NCBI GenBank assembly: GCA_011109175.1
Contig: RDEW01000004.1
Location: 1,415,067 to 1,479,066 of the forward strand
DNA: 64,000 bases
From: Dicyema japonicum
Taxonomy: Eukaryota; Animalia; Dicyemida
Reading direction: 5' to 3'
Part shown: piece by piece, positions 1-13,280 of the stretch
Layout of the letters: each line of letters starts with the position of its first letter
Position numbering within the stretch: the stretch's first letter is position 1
Program-made: the position numbers and the translations under genes
The notes under the pieces: generated by a model
Told to the model about the DNA's origin: nothing
Database searches by the model: none
Seen by the model: only the letters and a program-made list of their open reading frames with translations

Positions 1-1236
1 TTAGCTAACATTGTATTGGAACGAATAAAAGGACCCGCCTATGAATACCTACCCGAAAGTCAAAGTGGGTTCAGAGAAGGAAGATCAACAGCTGATGCAG
101 TCTGGAGTCACAGATGGAGATGTGCAACACATCAAAGATATTGCAATGCCATCCACATTCTGGGAATAGATCTATCAAAAGCCTTTGACTCGGTTAACAG
201 GAAAAAATTGATGACAGTGCTGGAAGGGTTTATTGACGAATCGAGTCTAAGAATAATCCTTCTATCTAACACAGAGCTCCTTGTGAGAGTTGAAAAAACC
301 TACTCAAGAAAATTTGAAACAAACATAGGCACTCCTCAAGGAGACTCCCTCTCTCCCCTACTATTCACAATATACTTGGAGGCCGCTATGAGGTAACTGA
401 GACCATTATATCAAGGAAAAATAGAAGTGATTTATGCTGATGATGTCGACCTAATTTCTGAAGACAAAGAACTTTCGGAGCATGTACTAGAAAGAGTACC
501 AGATATACTTAAGAAATAGTTTCTCACCGTGAACAGGGAAAAAAACAAAACGGACAGAGATAAGAAGAATGAACAACTCACTCGAAGAAAAATGGAGACA
601 CATAAAGAAACTTGGCTCACTACTAGGAGATAGCGAAGACATCATACGGAGAAAAACATTGGCAAATGCGGCATTACAAAGGCTTAAAAATCTTTGGCTA
701 AAACGGAAAGGATATAACATAAAACAAAGGATTATGTTATACGACACTTTCATCAAACCAATTCTACTATACAACTCTGGGACCTGGGCCACCTCTAAAG
801 AGGAATTGGAGAGGCTAGACTCATTTCACAGGAATCATCTAAGAAACATAACTGGAATGTCCTGGCCATCCAAGATCTCGCGGAATGGACTGTACAATAA
901 GTGTGACTGTATACCATTAAGCCACGAGATCATTAGCTCTCGTTGGAGACTTTTTGGACACGTCCTGAGGTTGGACCCGATATCCTCTCCGAACATCGCA
1001 ATGGAAGATTACTACTCCTCCAATGTAAAACGCTTTCGTGGAAGACCGAGAACTACCCTCGTTCTACAAGCCGTGAAGAAAACATTGGCATCTGGTGACG
1101 ATCTGGACTCACTGAGGGACCTAGCAAAGAACAGAAGAGCTTGGAGCAACCTAACTAATTCTTTTATACTTTTTTGCTGCGCATGCGGGGCTATAAATAT
1201 TATGGCTCTCGTGAAAGTGCTAATAATAATAATAAT
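1..1236 (+). mobile_element. RTE-clade LINE, 3' part (RT domain, C-terminal region, 3' UTR with (TAA)n tail), disrupted
   Basis: ORFs 16-396 and 569-1276 give QSGFREGRST, IDLSKAFD, GTPQGDSLSPLLF, YADD and RWRLFGHVLR..GRPRTT. The tail GTGAAAGTGC(TAA)n ends at 1236. Confidence 0.9.
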
Positions 1237-1262
1237 CTCTGACTGTCTACCCATAACCGATT

Positions 1263-1495
1263 GGCCTTCTGGCTGAACATAACGTCTGATGACATATGAT
1301 CTGAAGGTAGTGTGGTCGAATCCGAAAGATGGAGTTTTCAGCTAAGGTCTTTTAAACAGATCCCACCCGTGCGGTGACGAGTCATTCTTGCACGACACAG
1401 AATACGATCAAATCCCTCAACACCCCCACTACACAAAAACTTGACTGTTCATCCTATCACCCTTGATTAATTATTAGCTTCAGTCTTGCACAAAG
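1263..1495 (+). mobile_element. tRNA-derived SINE family 2 (Arg-like head), degenerate copy
   Basis: Head GGCCTTCTGGCTGAA..CGTCTGA..GATCTGAAGG..GTCGAATCC, with the body shared with copies at 3440-3870 and 15812-16145. Confidence 0.65.
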
Positions 1496-1519
1496 ATTTA
1501 TCCAATCTTCTTGTTTACT

Positions 1520-2740
1520 TGAAGATTCAATCAGAAACCTTCACAGACTGGATCTTATATCCTGGCAGATATCCATCGGAAAATATCTAGGACGCGGAAT
1601 TCTGTAAGAGAGGTCCGGATTCTATCCCTATTATGGAACTCGGGCATCTGGGTCCTCTGGCGTTGGAGATACTAGCTCTAATATTTAATCTGTCGATCGG
1701 TCGATAAATACGAATTGTATCCCGGAAATTTGAAAAAGATCACACATACTACCAGTTAGGAAGGTTGGCAAACCCGCAGAGGAACCATCATCTTACAGAC
1801 CAATATCAATTCTATGCGCGGTTTCAAAAATTCTTTAAAAGAAGGTCCTCGATTGTATTCGAGATGAGATCCCAATGTCTGCCTTTCAACATGAGTTCCG
1901 AGGTAATTATTCAACTTCCACACACTTGACGATCCTCTCCAATTTATTTTAGGATTCAACGACCGAAACCACATTTAAAGATTGTTCTTTCTCTTGATAT
2001 TACTAAAGCATTTTATTTAGTCTCAAGAAAGCCTCTAACGAGAAAGATATTTGAGATGAATATCCACCTAACCTGAAAAGATGGCTCTCTAACTTTCTGA
2101 GCGGNTCGAGATGAGATCCCAATGTCTGCCTTTCAACATGGGTTCCGAGGTAATTATTCAACCTCCACACACTTGACGATCCTCTCCAATTTATTTTAGG
2201 ATTCAACGCACCGAAACCACATTTAAAGATTGTTCTTCTTTTTTTTGATATTACTAAAGCATTTTATTTAGTCTCAAGAAAGCCTCTAACGAGAAAGATA
2301 TTTGAGATGAATATCCACCTAACCTGAAAAGATGGCTCTCTAACTTTCTGAGTGGAAAGAGTAGCAGGTAATTTGCAACAACGTGAAATCATAGAAATGA
2401 TTTCTCTCAAATGGGGAGCCCCAAGGATCCCTACTATAACCATCGCTGTTCAATTTGTATATACATGACATGCCACAGCCTACAGATGAAAACACTCTCC
2501 TCCTTTTATAAACGGACGACATAATTATTGCTCCAAGGGACAGGGACTATGAATGGTTCAGAGAATGCTCAATTCCTCAACCCAATGGTTGGAAGGACTA
2601 GTCCTTGGAATGTCAATTCAAAATCATTTCTGACCCACTTTATATATTGCAGACAACATTATAGAATGAGGCCTAAGACCACAATCAATGATGCGCCCTT
2701 TTACGGCAACACCAACGGTCACTTAGTAAGTTGGGAACTT
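1520..2740 (+). mobile_element. Ingi/Vingi-like (I/Jockey group) LINE RT fragment, decayed
   Basis: Broken frames read SSYRPISILCAVSK, FQHGFRG..ST, LDITKAF and GEPQGSLL..LFNLYIHDMP. A roughly 245-bp segment is duplicated across an N at 2105. Confidence 0.75.
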
Positions 2741-2904
2741 TTTCTCTTTGTTCGCTTCTCAGGAATCGATGATTGTTACTAGTTGGCAGCAACTTAAATC
2801 AATTTATTATCGCAACATTCATTCCTGAAAAGCGAAAAAAAATTTGTATTTAATTAAATTGGACAAAATCGATAATAGCAAATAGGTTTTACCTAGACTT
2901 ATTC

Positions 2905-3320
2905 AGATCTATGTTAAGTCGCGTCCGATTCTTAAGATCTCATGAACGAGTTTCCTCCACTCTTCCCGATTCGTTGCATTTTGGAGTAGCCTTGATATAA
3001 GCATTTCCGTGACGTCTTCCACCGTGGATAGCCACCGAGTCCTTGGTCGACCAGGTCTTCTCTTCCCAGTAATATTGCTCAGCATAATGGTTCTTCCCAG
3101 GGAGTCAGAGCGGACAACATGCCCAAAGAACGGCAATCTGTGTTTTACGATTCTTCCTTCTAGCGAAATGTCCGTCTCCACCCGTTTGAGTACATCGATG
3201 TTTGTTATTTTGGAAGTCCAAGGGATTCTTAGTAACCTCCACCAGTACCACAGTTCAAAAGCATCAATTTTATCCGCCTTATTCAGACAAATTCATATAA
3301 ATTCAATAAAATTACTCAAT
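2905..3320 (-). mobile_element. RTE (BovB-like) LINE 3' fragment
   Basis: ORF with RLPFFGHVVRSDSLGRTIMLSNITGKRRPGRPRTRW; highly similar to 17268-18135. Confidence 0.85.
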
Positions 3321-3439
3321 TTGAAAGTTAATTAAATAATAAGCAGGAAGTATTAATCATTTCTCAAGAGGCTAGGACGTCTGACCAGATGGCTTCTACA
3401 TTTGATCTCTATCACTATCGTAAGAGGTAACATCGCGCT

Positions 3440-3870
3440 ATTATTAACCCCAGGCTTACCATTGTAAGCACAAACAGTCATAACTAATTAATCCAAGGAA
3501 AAAACCAAAGGAAGAACATCTGCTTGTGTCGACCAAATCCATCTTCCAATACTTCATTACAGTCTTCCGCTTCCGAAGAGAGGTGGGGAAGTAGGTCCGC
3601 CCTCTTCCATTTCGTCGCACGTCCTACCGTCGCGGACATCATTTCATTTTTCAGCGAAATAGTTTTTCATAATGTAATCTTCATCAGAGGATTTGGTCAG
3701 GGAGAGGTAGGAAGATCCCTTTCAACTACTGTGTCGTGCCAGAGGGACTCTTCGCCTCATGGGTGGGATCTGTTTGAAAAATATTGACCTTCGCTGAAAA
3801 CTACATCTTTCAGATTCGAACCCACGACCTTCAGATCCGATGTCATCAGACGTTACAATCAGCCTAAAGG
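3440..3870 (-). mobile_element. tRNA-derived SINE family 2, near full length, with Vingi-type 3' tail
   Basis: Head ..CGTCTGATGACATCGGATCTGAAGGTCGTGGGTTCGAATC (B box). It ends GGATTAATTAG..GGGGTTAATAATA, like the Vingi-like LINE tails. Confidence 0.7.
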
Positions 3871-3899
3871 TATAAATATTAAAACCGTGACAATGGAAT

Positions 3900-4345
3900 A
3901 ATAATACAAGTTATGACATTCCTGTTGCTTGTGCCACCCTCCGAATGATCCGGTCTGTTGGACTCCTCCACGGTCTTTTCGAGATTGTGATTATTGGTAG
4001 AAAAGTTGTTTGTGGATTGTTTCTAAAAGCCCCTGAGCAGAGGAAGCCCTAATATCGCAATCAGTAACGCCATGATTCATTTGTAATATGCGCCCAAATA
4101 ATCCCTATCTGGTCGTGGTAATAATTGTATCTAAGTCCTTCGATTTACAGGCTGTGTATAGGTCTTGGTTTTTGATAAGTACGATTTATTTGTAATATGC
4201 GCCCAAATAATCCCTATCTGGTCGTGGTAATAATTGTATCTAAGTCCTTCGATTTACAGGCTGTGTATAGGTCTTGGTTTTTGATAAGTACGATTTCTCC
4301 AGGATGTGTTTTACGTCACCAACTCAATCAAATCACACTGATCAC
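3900..4345 (-). mobile_element. RTE LINE C-terminal remnant with an internal 109-bp tandem duplication (4079-4187, 4188-4296)
   Basis: Minus strand reads KNQDLYTACKSKDLDTIITTTR*GLFGRILQ, matching the RTE LY..C...RW.LFGH.LR region. The duplication is directly visible. Confidence 0.65.
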
Positions 4346-4350
4346 TTGAC

Positions 4351-4676
4351 ATAATAATAATAATAACAGCCTTTTTCACGGATCTGTGGTATTAGCTCCG
4401 CATAGACACACACTTTATTTAAGTAAAGAACAGTTAATTTTAACTAATCGTAGAACCAAGGAATGATCTTCACTTCTTTTTTTTTCTTTTTCTTGTGTGA
4501 GTGTCCTTTCTAGACAATCCAGTTCCGCAGTGAGTATTCACTGATGACGGCGTCACTCGTCAAACCTTTTCTGCATCGTAGATGCGTGGAACCTTCCACC
4601 AGGTGAACAGCAGCGAGATTCAAACCCGTAGCCTAAGCCACTTAAGCCCGACACCTAACCACTAAGCCACCCGGCT
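4351..4676 (-). mobile_element. tRNA-derived SINE family 1, tail type A
   Basis: A box TGGCTTAGTGG and a B-box-like GGTTTGAATC. The body is highly similar to 63290-63558 and 14763-15035; the copy ends in (TTA)n. Confidence 0.85.
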
Positions 4677-4811
4677 ACATTTGGACAATGGAAATAATTT
4701 GGAAATCTTAAAATTACAAAAAAAATTAATATATATTTAAAAAATAATATATTTAAGTAATATATTGAATAATAAATAATCAAATCATATTTAAAAATCT
4801 TCTTGTTGCCC

Positions 4812-6705
4812 ATGAATTTAGAATATATTGGTTATTTTATTAGTAAATTTTATTAGAAAACTTTGTGCATACATTTCCCGATGTAAATTTATATATAAAT
4901 TACTTAGACTCTTGAAGGTACCCTCGACTGTGTGAGCAGAGCCCTTACATTTTCCTTTAATAGACTAGGAACCCTGCTAGCTGTAGGTTGTAGTGACGGA
5001 AGAATCGTTATTTGGGACTTTGTCACAATTTGTATCAACAAAGTCATTACAGCACATGTTTATCCCATTTCTAGTTTGAGGTTTATTTTCAAGCATTTTT
5101 TACTCAAAATGAACATTTTATAATTTTAGCTGGTCAAGAGACGGTTATAAGATTGCCTCTGCTTCTAGCGATAACATGTGTTCTATATGGGATGTTCCCA
5201 CTGGGGACTGCCTTTATACGTTCCGGTATTTGCTGTTCTTATTAAGATTTCGGTCTAGTGTTTACAAAGTTTCCTTCAATCCTCGAAATATGGACGAGAT
5301 TTTAGTTGGAACAGTAAAATCCTCGATTATTCAAATCAAATTGAGCACGTGTGGTTTTTCTCCAATCTCTATGAGCCCAGACGTTTGACGATATCTTTAT
5401 TTTTAGCAAGATGCCAATATATGCTTTTCGTATGACAGAAGAGGAGAGTATATTCTTTTAGGGAATAGTCATGGATTGGTATCATTACTTCGTTAGTTTT
5501 TCAGGTGGATGTTTACAAATCTAAAGATCTTGAAAAAGTCGCTTCATTCCGAGTCCAGACGACTTCGTCGAGCCCAACTTCAGTGAAATCAATCGAGTTT
5601 CCGAGACGCTCAGAGTATGTGTATTTTACTCATAATTATGTAATTGCCAATTTTATCACTATTTTGCTTTCTCTGTGTCATTTTTCCAATTTATTAATTT
5701 TTCTAGTTTTTTTCTCGTTAATTGTGGAGACAAGACAATTCGGATATTTGATATTTATGTTGTCTTGGAATGTGGAATAGAAGGAGAGCCGCAGTCGTTG
5801 CTTAAACTGCAAGATCTTGTTAATCGGTTGCTTTAGCTTGTTAAGTGAAGAAATTATTGGACAAACTGCCGTTTCTCTGGTCATGCAAAGTACATTTGTG
5901 CGGCGTCAGGCAAGCAAAACTTGATATACATATGGGAGATGGCATCCGGTGTTCTTGTCAAAATGCTAGGGGATTCACAGAGTGACGTTTTGCTTGATCT
6001 GGCTGTTTTACTGTTTTAATTAATTAATAGTGGAATCCTCACCGTTCGATAATCTGTTCTATATCGAAAATGGTTGTGAACATTTGGTCTCGAGTCATGC
6101 AGGTTGGAGGATTGTTTATACTTGTGTAGGAAAGTTGGAGTGCCTATGCTCCAGATTTTAAGGAATTGGATGAAAATGTTGAATATGAAGAACGCGAATG
6201 TGAGTTTGACTTTGATGACGAAGATGGGTTGCCATTTGTGAAAAGACGTAGTTATCTTTACTTTATTCTTACATGATATTTTTGATTTTCTTAGCTGAAC
6301 AACCAAATGGATATATTGACGTTCTTAGAATTCAATTTATTAATGAATTCATTAGCAGGTGACTATTATTGAACACACTTATTATCTATTTTAAAGATGA
6401 TCTTTACTTTTAGTGATGAGGACCCGCCTTCAAAAATTGTTAAATCTCTTGAATTCCTTTCTATTTCCCCTGAAATTGACGATCCTGAGGATTACGTTGA
6501 GCCAGATCAAGTTTGTTTGCTGAATAGTTAACTAAAGGATGAACAAATGTCCAATGAAAATACTTTAAAGTCATCGTTGCCAAAAAGAGATAAAATTATT
6601 GACATTTTGTTGACAGACAACACTACTGATGGTTTTTATTATGTGTATTAAAATGAAGAGGAGCTCGAACATGAGAAAGAAGTTGAATATAAGATATCTT
6701 TCTGA
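4812..6705 (+). CDS. RBBP5: Retinoblastoma-binding protein 5 (COMPASS/MLL WD40 subunit, Swd1), multi-exon
   Basis: Spliced translation [67 protein letters not shown] introns include 4831-4856, 4883-4907 and 5226-5246; stop TGA at 6703-6705. Confidence 0.96.
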
Positions 6706-6783
6706 ATGTCATTTGTTCATTTTTAGATTTTTTCATTTACTTTGAATAAATTTTTGTTTTTTATATTTGATTTTTTGTTTATT

Positions 6784-8657
6784 CTAAAAAATATCAAGAA
6801 GACAAGCCTTACACATATCCCCCATATTCGTTTCAATAGTATTTTCACAAACAAAGTAGATAATATCAGATATTCGATTCCGTATTGAAAAAATAAAGAT
6901 AAAAGGTACAGTGAATGGAGCCAATAACTGCTCTAACAGATACATCTAAATATATAGGTAAATCAAGACAACTAGATGAGACTGAAATAACAATTTGAAT
7001 TTAGAATATGTTTTGAGTGGATTTTCATTGTCAGGAATAAAATGATAGATATTCGCAACTATATTTTTCATATGTTTTTCAGGAACAGAGTCGATTCTTT
7101 CATTCTAAAATTTCAATAAAAAAACAACCTCCCAGTTGTTTCCAAAAGCATAAATAGCAGCTTTAAATATAAATGAAATTAAAAACTGGTGATGGCAATC
7201 ATAGTGACGACACCCTTGATTTGGAGGAAAGTATCACGAATTAAAGCGAGGATGAAAAATAACAATAAAATTGCTCCCGAAAAGTATGTAACATGTCTAT
7301 AAGTAAAAATCAAAGGATCAAGAACCTAGCTAGAACGTTAAGTAAAGGGGATGAAAAGCATTTTGCATAGCTATTTGCGAAAGGATAAGCGGTATTCAGA
7401 CGATCTTCAAGCTCGTGGTCAAATTCGGAATAATTTCTCAGAGAATAATATGAAATACGTGACCTATATAGAATTTTATCCCTTTATTATAAACCATCGG
7501 TATTTCAATATGCTAGAAGGAGATTGACGAATCATCTAGAAGTAAACCAAAACTAACATACTTCAGCATATTCAAATATTATATAGAAGAGCTGCAGAAT
7601 GAAAAGAAACGGAGATAAAATAAATCCAAAAAACGAAAACAACACAATTCGGAATCTGATGCTATCGATAAAAAAACATTTATAGACTTTTGCCGTACAT
7701 AATTAGCAAAATTCTCCACTTGGTATAATTCGCTGATTTTAACCCTCGTAGTGAAAACAGTTCCATAAAAAACTAAATTGTGTGACTTTATAAAAACTAC
7801 ATTTAAATGGAAAGAAAAGTCTAAACAAATATATTTCCATCAAATTAGTGAAGCATCCTCTACGAATATCAAAAAAATCTACAGTTTCCCAAATAGAGGA
7901 ATATTTATATAGAATTTTAGAACTTCGGCATTAATGAGCCCAACTATAAAATTTGTGTGTCGAAGAATCATATTGTGGCACACTTTATTGGAAAATACGA
8001 TTTTTACATAATTCATCAAGATGAACGTGAAATTCGTCAGAATCCAGAGATAGTTGAATCATTTTGGCTTGTATTCTTTCCCAACTTGTAACAGGAAGTT
8101 CGCTCTGAAATTAAAAAAAAGTCAAACTGAATTAATTTTTAATTTTTGTATAAAAAATCTTCTTATTTTTAAAAGAAATGGAATTTTTAAAAGAAATATT
8201 GCTACCCTTATTACGGCATAGACGAACGCTATCGTAAGAATGGCTACATGTGCACGATGAGCGCTAAGAATTATAATCCAATTTCACTTTGGAAAACACG
8301 TTCTAATGGGAATAAATACGTCATCTTCAGTTATAGATTTAGTATTATTTAATCTAAAATTACTCCACCAATCGAAATTCACACAAAGAGAGAGATATAC
8401 CACAAAAAACGCAAGGAAAATTACTCGCCTGTTTGATTAACCAAAAAAAACGCTATATTAAGGAATTCATCCAAAATTATGCAAAAGAATCCTTTTTTTC
8501 GATAATAGTCGTAAACAGATACTAGAAAATTGTCAGTATCTTCTAGAGCTGAGGGATCCACACGTTCTTGAATATTGGTTAAATAATAGCCAGTACCTTG
8601 ACTTGCGTGGAGCAAAGGCTTCGATACATTATCATTTGGATCCAATAAGTAGGCCAT
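6784..8657 (-). CDS. ATG9: Autophagy-related protein 9 (lipid scramblase), compact form
   Basis: DTDNFLVSVYDYYRKKGFFCIILDEFL at the N-terminus and PEKHMKNIVANIYHFIP..FKLLFQ..LLEQLLAPFTVPFIFIF..GDMCKACLLDI at the end of the core. The start codon is tentative. Confidence 0.88.
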
Positions 8658-10483
8658 TCTGAGTTAGTATCCAGTTAAATATTTTATATCCCTAGTACTA
8701 TATTGATATGTTATACCTGCAATCCAAAATATACAAAAAATATTCAACTTTCTTGCGAAATATATTATTTAATAATTAACCGATCGGGTCAACATAATAA
8801 AAATAATTTAAATGATAAATAAAATAAGATGAATATAATATTTAAATAGATTAAGAAAATATTTTAATTTTTTATAGAAATCAAATTTTGCAGCAAATTC
8901 TTTCAATATCAATTTTGCAAAACAATTGATGACGAAATACGTGGACTGCATATGCTTTATTTACGTTATTGATGATGATTTAATAGAATATGAAACTAAT
9001 TAGAAACTGAAGCTTATTAAATTATTATCTCGTATTTTTTCTCAGTAATAGTATGCACTGTTGATAAATCAATTCTATTTAGCAATCAAAACCAATAAGC
9101 TTCAATCAATAGTTTAATTATTCATAGAAAACCACAAATAGTTTAATTTTGAGGTTTTTGTAGAATGAATTTTTTTTTCTTTTTATAAAAAATCGTTATC
9201 AAACAAAATCATAAATTAGCGTCTTTAGTGATTTGTTGATGTTGATTTTCCCACTTAATTAAAATTCTTAAGTAATTGCAAGTCAAAGATTTCATTTTAT
9301 TTACATTATTAAAATCAAATTTATTGAAAAAAAGTTAAATAATGTTAATTATTGGTTAATTTATCCCCAGTAAAGCATATTTAAAACTGCCATCCATCCA
9401 AAGTGGACCCCGCCGACATTATCGACGTTGCGTTGCCTCTCACGATTTACATTATTTAATATTCGATTGTTCGATTAATTTTGACTGTATTTCGATAATG
9501 GAAATTATTATTTTCTAATTAACATAGAATTTATTAAAATATTAAATATTATTTTTTTGATGATTGAGCGCAAATTACATCTTACAAATCATATTGAAAT
9601 GCGTTCAATCAGCCATCCATCTTCTCGGTTATCCTTTCCCCTTTTTGCTATCAACAATTCGATGGTGCGTAAGAAAGGCAACAATTTGGATTCAAGAATA
9701 TTCGAAGTTTCGACTGTGATGAGTTTGGAGATTAATTGTCCTTCGAGTGTCTTTTATTTTTCGCAGACAGTCATTTATGAAAGACAATTATAATCAATGC
9801 TATAAATTGATTTTGACATGAAATGGTTTCTATCGTCTCTAAAAATATTATAATATTTAAACGTTCCTAATTCAAATTTATTGAAAATTGTTGCAATTTT
9901 GATTTATGAGATAAAAACTTAAAACAGATCATTAAAAATAAACTAAATCTGTTACAGTCTATTTATGTAAATTTTACATTTATTATGTATGTAAATAAGA
10001 AATTTATTTTTGATTTTTTCAATATTCTAAGAGTGTTAAATAAATCGAAATGGTGCACTTTCTATACATTTTCTGTTGGTTTAATGAAAAATTTTCCATC
10101 ACGTGAAAGCCACGCGCACTAAAAAATGTCGCTCTCTGTTTCTATCATAAAAAATCATGTTATATGAAAAACACATAAAAATACTGAATGGTTATTATAG
10201 TCTTATTGAATTATTAAGAAAAATCAATAATTCTCTTATTTTTGTAAAGGTAGAGGAACAAGTAGCCACGTGGCATCAATCAAGTAGAAATCTTCAATCA
10301 CAAACAGAAATCTTCAATCAAGTAGCCACGCGGTATTACGCTAACGTTAGCACCGCTCGAGGCAAATTCCAACAGATAAATTTCGAAACTGTTTTCTTAA
10401 CATTTATTCGATAAAATTTACTTTAACTTTCGCTTAAGTTTTTGGCTGAAATATTATTAAATATTTTTAAAGTAAATTTACTT

Positions 10484-10496
10484 GTTGCCAGGATAC
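10484..10496. promoter_or_regulatory. RFX X-box candidate upstream of the ENO4-like gene
   Basis: GTTGCCAGGATAC (reverse complement GTATCC-T-GGCAAC) fits the X-box half-site pattern and ends 11 nt before the ATG at 10508. Confidence 0.55.
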
Positions 10497-10507
10497 AAAT
10501 CTTCAAA

Positions 10508-12395
10508 ATGTCTTGTGATGATAGGGAGTTTTTCGAGGACGTTGAAATTTTCTGGGAAAAGCAACAAAATGCATTAAAATATTTAGAAGATCATAATATT
10601 CCAAATCTTGTTGATGACATTCTAAATTTTTTGGCGATAAAACAGCCAAAATATCCAATTACTCATATTGTAAAATAGTTGAATTCATAAATAGAGAGAC
10701 AAATTCGACGAAATTATCCCTAAACCTACAATTAGTAAAATAGAATTAGAAAAAACGTATGATTCCAAATTTTTACCAAATTTTTCAATTAATTTGTATG
10801 GACAATTAAATAATGATACCAAAGTAAACTTCATATTTTAAATTATATTAGATTCTCGAATCAACAAAAAATTGTTTATCTTGTTATTTAGAAAATAGTC
10901 TTGATTCTGATAATCGTTCAAATGAAGAAGAAAATATAAATTATTTGATTGAGAAATTAGAAAATTCTGTAATCCCAATGATTAATGAAAAGTTAATAAA
11001 TTTAAGATTTACACAGCAAATTGAAATTGACGATATTTTAATGTATCTAAATTTTAATAAATATTTTTAGAAATTTTGCTAATTGTAAAATTGATGAAAT
11101 TTGTTGTAAAATTGATGATAGTCATAGTAAGTCTTCGTCATGGTATTCTCAAGAGAGTAAAAGTAAAAAATCGCAAAAGTCAAGAAATCCATCTCCTAAG
11201 CATGAAATAAAAATTTAATTTTTCAGAAAAAAACCTAGAAGTCTTTCAGTTTCTATTTCTTCTAAAAGGAATTATCTTAAATTTTCCAATTCGATAATTT
11301 TGGCAATTTCTCAAGCAATCTGTGATATTGGAGCAAAAATAAGAAAAATGAATACTATCGAATATATTCAACAAACATATAACATTAGTGTTTTTTGTAA
11401 TCTTTGATTTGTAGAAATTGAAAAAATTTCCAATAATAATATTTAGTTTGGTGGAAAACATTCCTAATGGAAAATGCCGATTTGTTGATGAAATTTCGTT
11501 GGTTTTTAAATCTCAGAATATTCACGAGGTAGATTCATAATTCATATAGAATATCGAAAATTTCAAAGAAATCATGAATTATTGCTACAACTCGTTATTT
11601 CAAAAATTTAATGTATGAAATAAGAATTATGTTTATTAGCCACAAACAAAAATATTTGGGAAAAGAGGAGGATTGCTCGTAACCATTGACAAAATTGACC
11701 AAATTACCGATTTAGTAAATGAAGCGAGTTGTAAACAAGAGTTAAGCATAACAGAAGATGTTGATATTTTAATTTCATTTCATTCTAATTCCATATATGA
11801 TGAGGTGTATTTAAGATAATTCTAGATTTCTGAACGCTATGAGCTACAATCTGGAAGTTATAAAACACGAGAAGAATTCATTTCACTACTGCAAGAGCTT
11901 GAAACTAAAAATTATGTTTCATTTTTTGTGGATCCATTAAGTCAGGTTTTATTTGATAAAAACAAAATTTAGGTAGACTATGATGGGTGGACTAAACTAT
12001 TAGAAAATTTAAACGAACAAACGAAGATTATTAAAACTTTTGATTTTACTAAATCTGAAATTTTTGCAATTTACCAAAATGATGAAAATACAGAATCAAA
12101 AAGTCGAAAAATAATGCCTTCATTACATTATAGTGGACCAAACGTTGTTTCCAATTATACAAAAATATTTAATGAATTTGAAGGTTTCGGAATAATTAAT
12201 TTGACAGATGTACCCGTTATGTTTTCCACTCCATACGGAGATAGCTCATCTGTTTTCCCGTTAGAATTGGTATTTTAACAATATAATCTAAAGGCGATGG
12301 CAATTGGATTTGATTACATCAAGGTAAATGTTTCTTCTTCTACTCGGTCAAGTTATGTTGAGTATTTAATGAAATATTTCACTAAAAATTATTAA
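10508..12395 (+). CDS. ENO4: Enolase-4-like protein (N-terminal RIIa-like segment plus degenerate enolase barrel)
   Basis: N-terminal QQNALKYLEDHNIPNLVDDILNFLAIKQP resembles the ENO4 lead segment. FVDPLSQVDYDGWTKL and AMAIGFDYIK match enolase C-terminal motifs. Not every exon was traced. Confidence 0.7.
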
Positions 12396-12550
12396 TGAAG
12401 ATAATCTTAATGATTTTTTTTCAAATTTTGAAATTAAAAAATAATTAATTATGTATGAAAAGTTAGAGGGCTGACGCTTTTAACGCCAGGTTATTCCCTC
12501 TTGGACATAGAAGGATAAAATATGAAATAGCCAGAAAAAAAACTTTGGCC

Positions 12551-12612
12551 TTTCTTAAAATTCGAGAAAAAAGCCTTGACTTTCTTAAAATTCGAGAAAA
12601 AAGCCTTGACTT
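12551..12612 (+). repeat. 30-bp tandem repeat, 2 copies
   Basis: TTTCTTAAAATTCGAGAAAAAAGCCTTGAC occurs twice. Confidence 0.9.
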
Positions 12613-13115
12613 TTAGAGTGACTTCTGTTTTCAGACGCATTGCCTGCTGGTAGAGCTAACTGCTTATATTTGTAGCTAACAAACTTAAATTATCCCCCTG
12701 ACCAAGCAGCTACTTAACAGTTTGCTTGGTGGTTACACCATAATGAACGAGCGCGAAGCCTCTGTTCCATATTTTGTTGTTTTTGATCATGTTCAACTGA
12801 AGGCAGCAAACCTACTAAGGAAATATTCCCGAGTGGAAATCCTGCCTAGAAACCTAGAAAATATGGTAGAAGCGATTGGAACAGTGCCCCTGCGAAGGAC
12901 TTGAGTATTCGGACCCCGTCCATATCGGAAATGTGCAGGAACGCAGTCGGAACACCGAGAAAAGATGCGGAGACTGTTGAGGGAGGCTGGGATCACTTTA
13001 ATTTTGATTATTTTATATATGACGGTAGTTTTTTGGTTCAATAAAATAAATAAATATATTTTGCTAATCAATTACATTAAGTTTAACTGATTTCGTTGTT
13101 ATTCTGCCCGCTTCA

Positions 13116-13280
13116 CTCCACTGGAGGGGTTTCCACAACTGCATGTAATGGACGTCTTACCTTTTGTGCTGATTCCGGATGGACTCTGTTTATTTAAAAG
13201 TGGAAACTGGATACACTTAATTAGTTGTTTACTTTAACTTCTTTCTCGGTGTATCCGTGGTTAATAAATAAAATAAAAAT
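13116..13280 (+). mobile_element. 165-bp 5'-truncated Vingi-type retroposon 3' end with 15-bp TSD
   Basis: Perfect TSD ATTCTGCCCGCTTCA at 13101-13115 and 13281-13295, with an A-rich tail; nearly identical to 57976-58165. Confidence 0.88.

Noticed and set aside
1859-2352. Roughly 245-bp tandem duplication in a LINE RT fragment
   Set aside because: The two copies meet at an N (2105), so an unmerged contig overlap or haplotype join is the simplest explanation.
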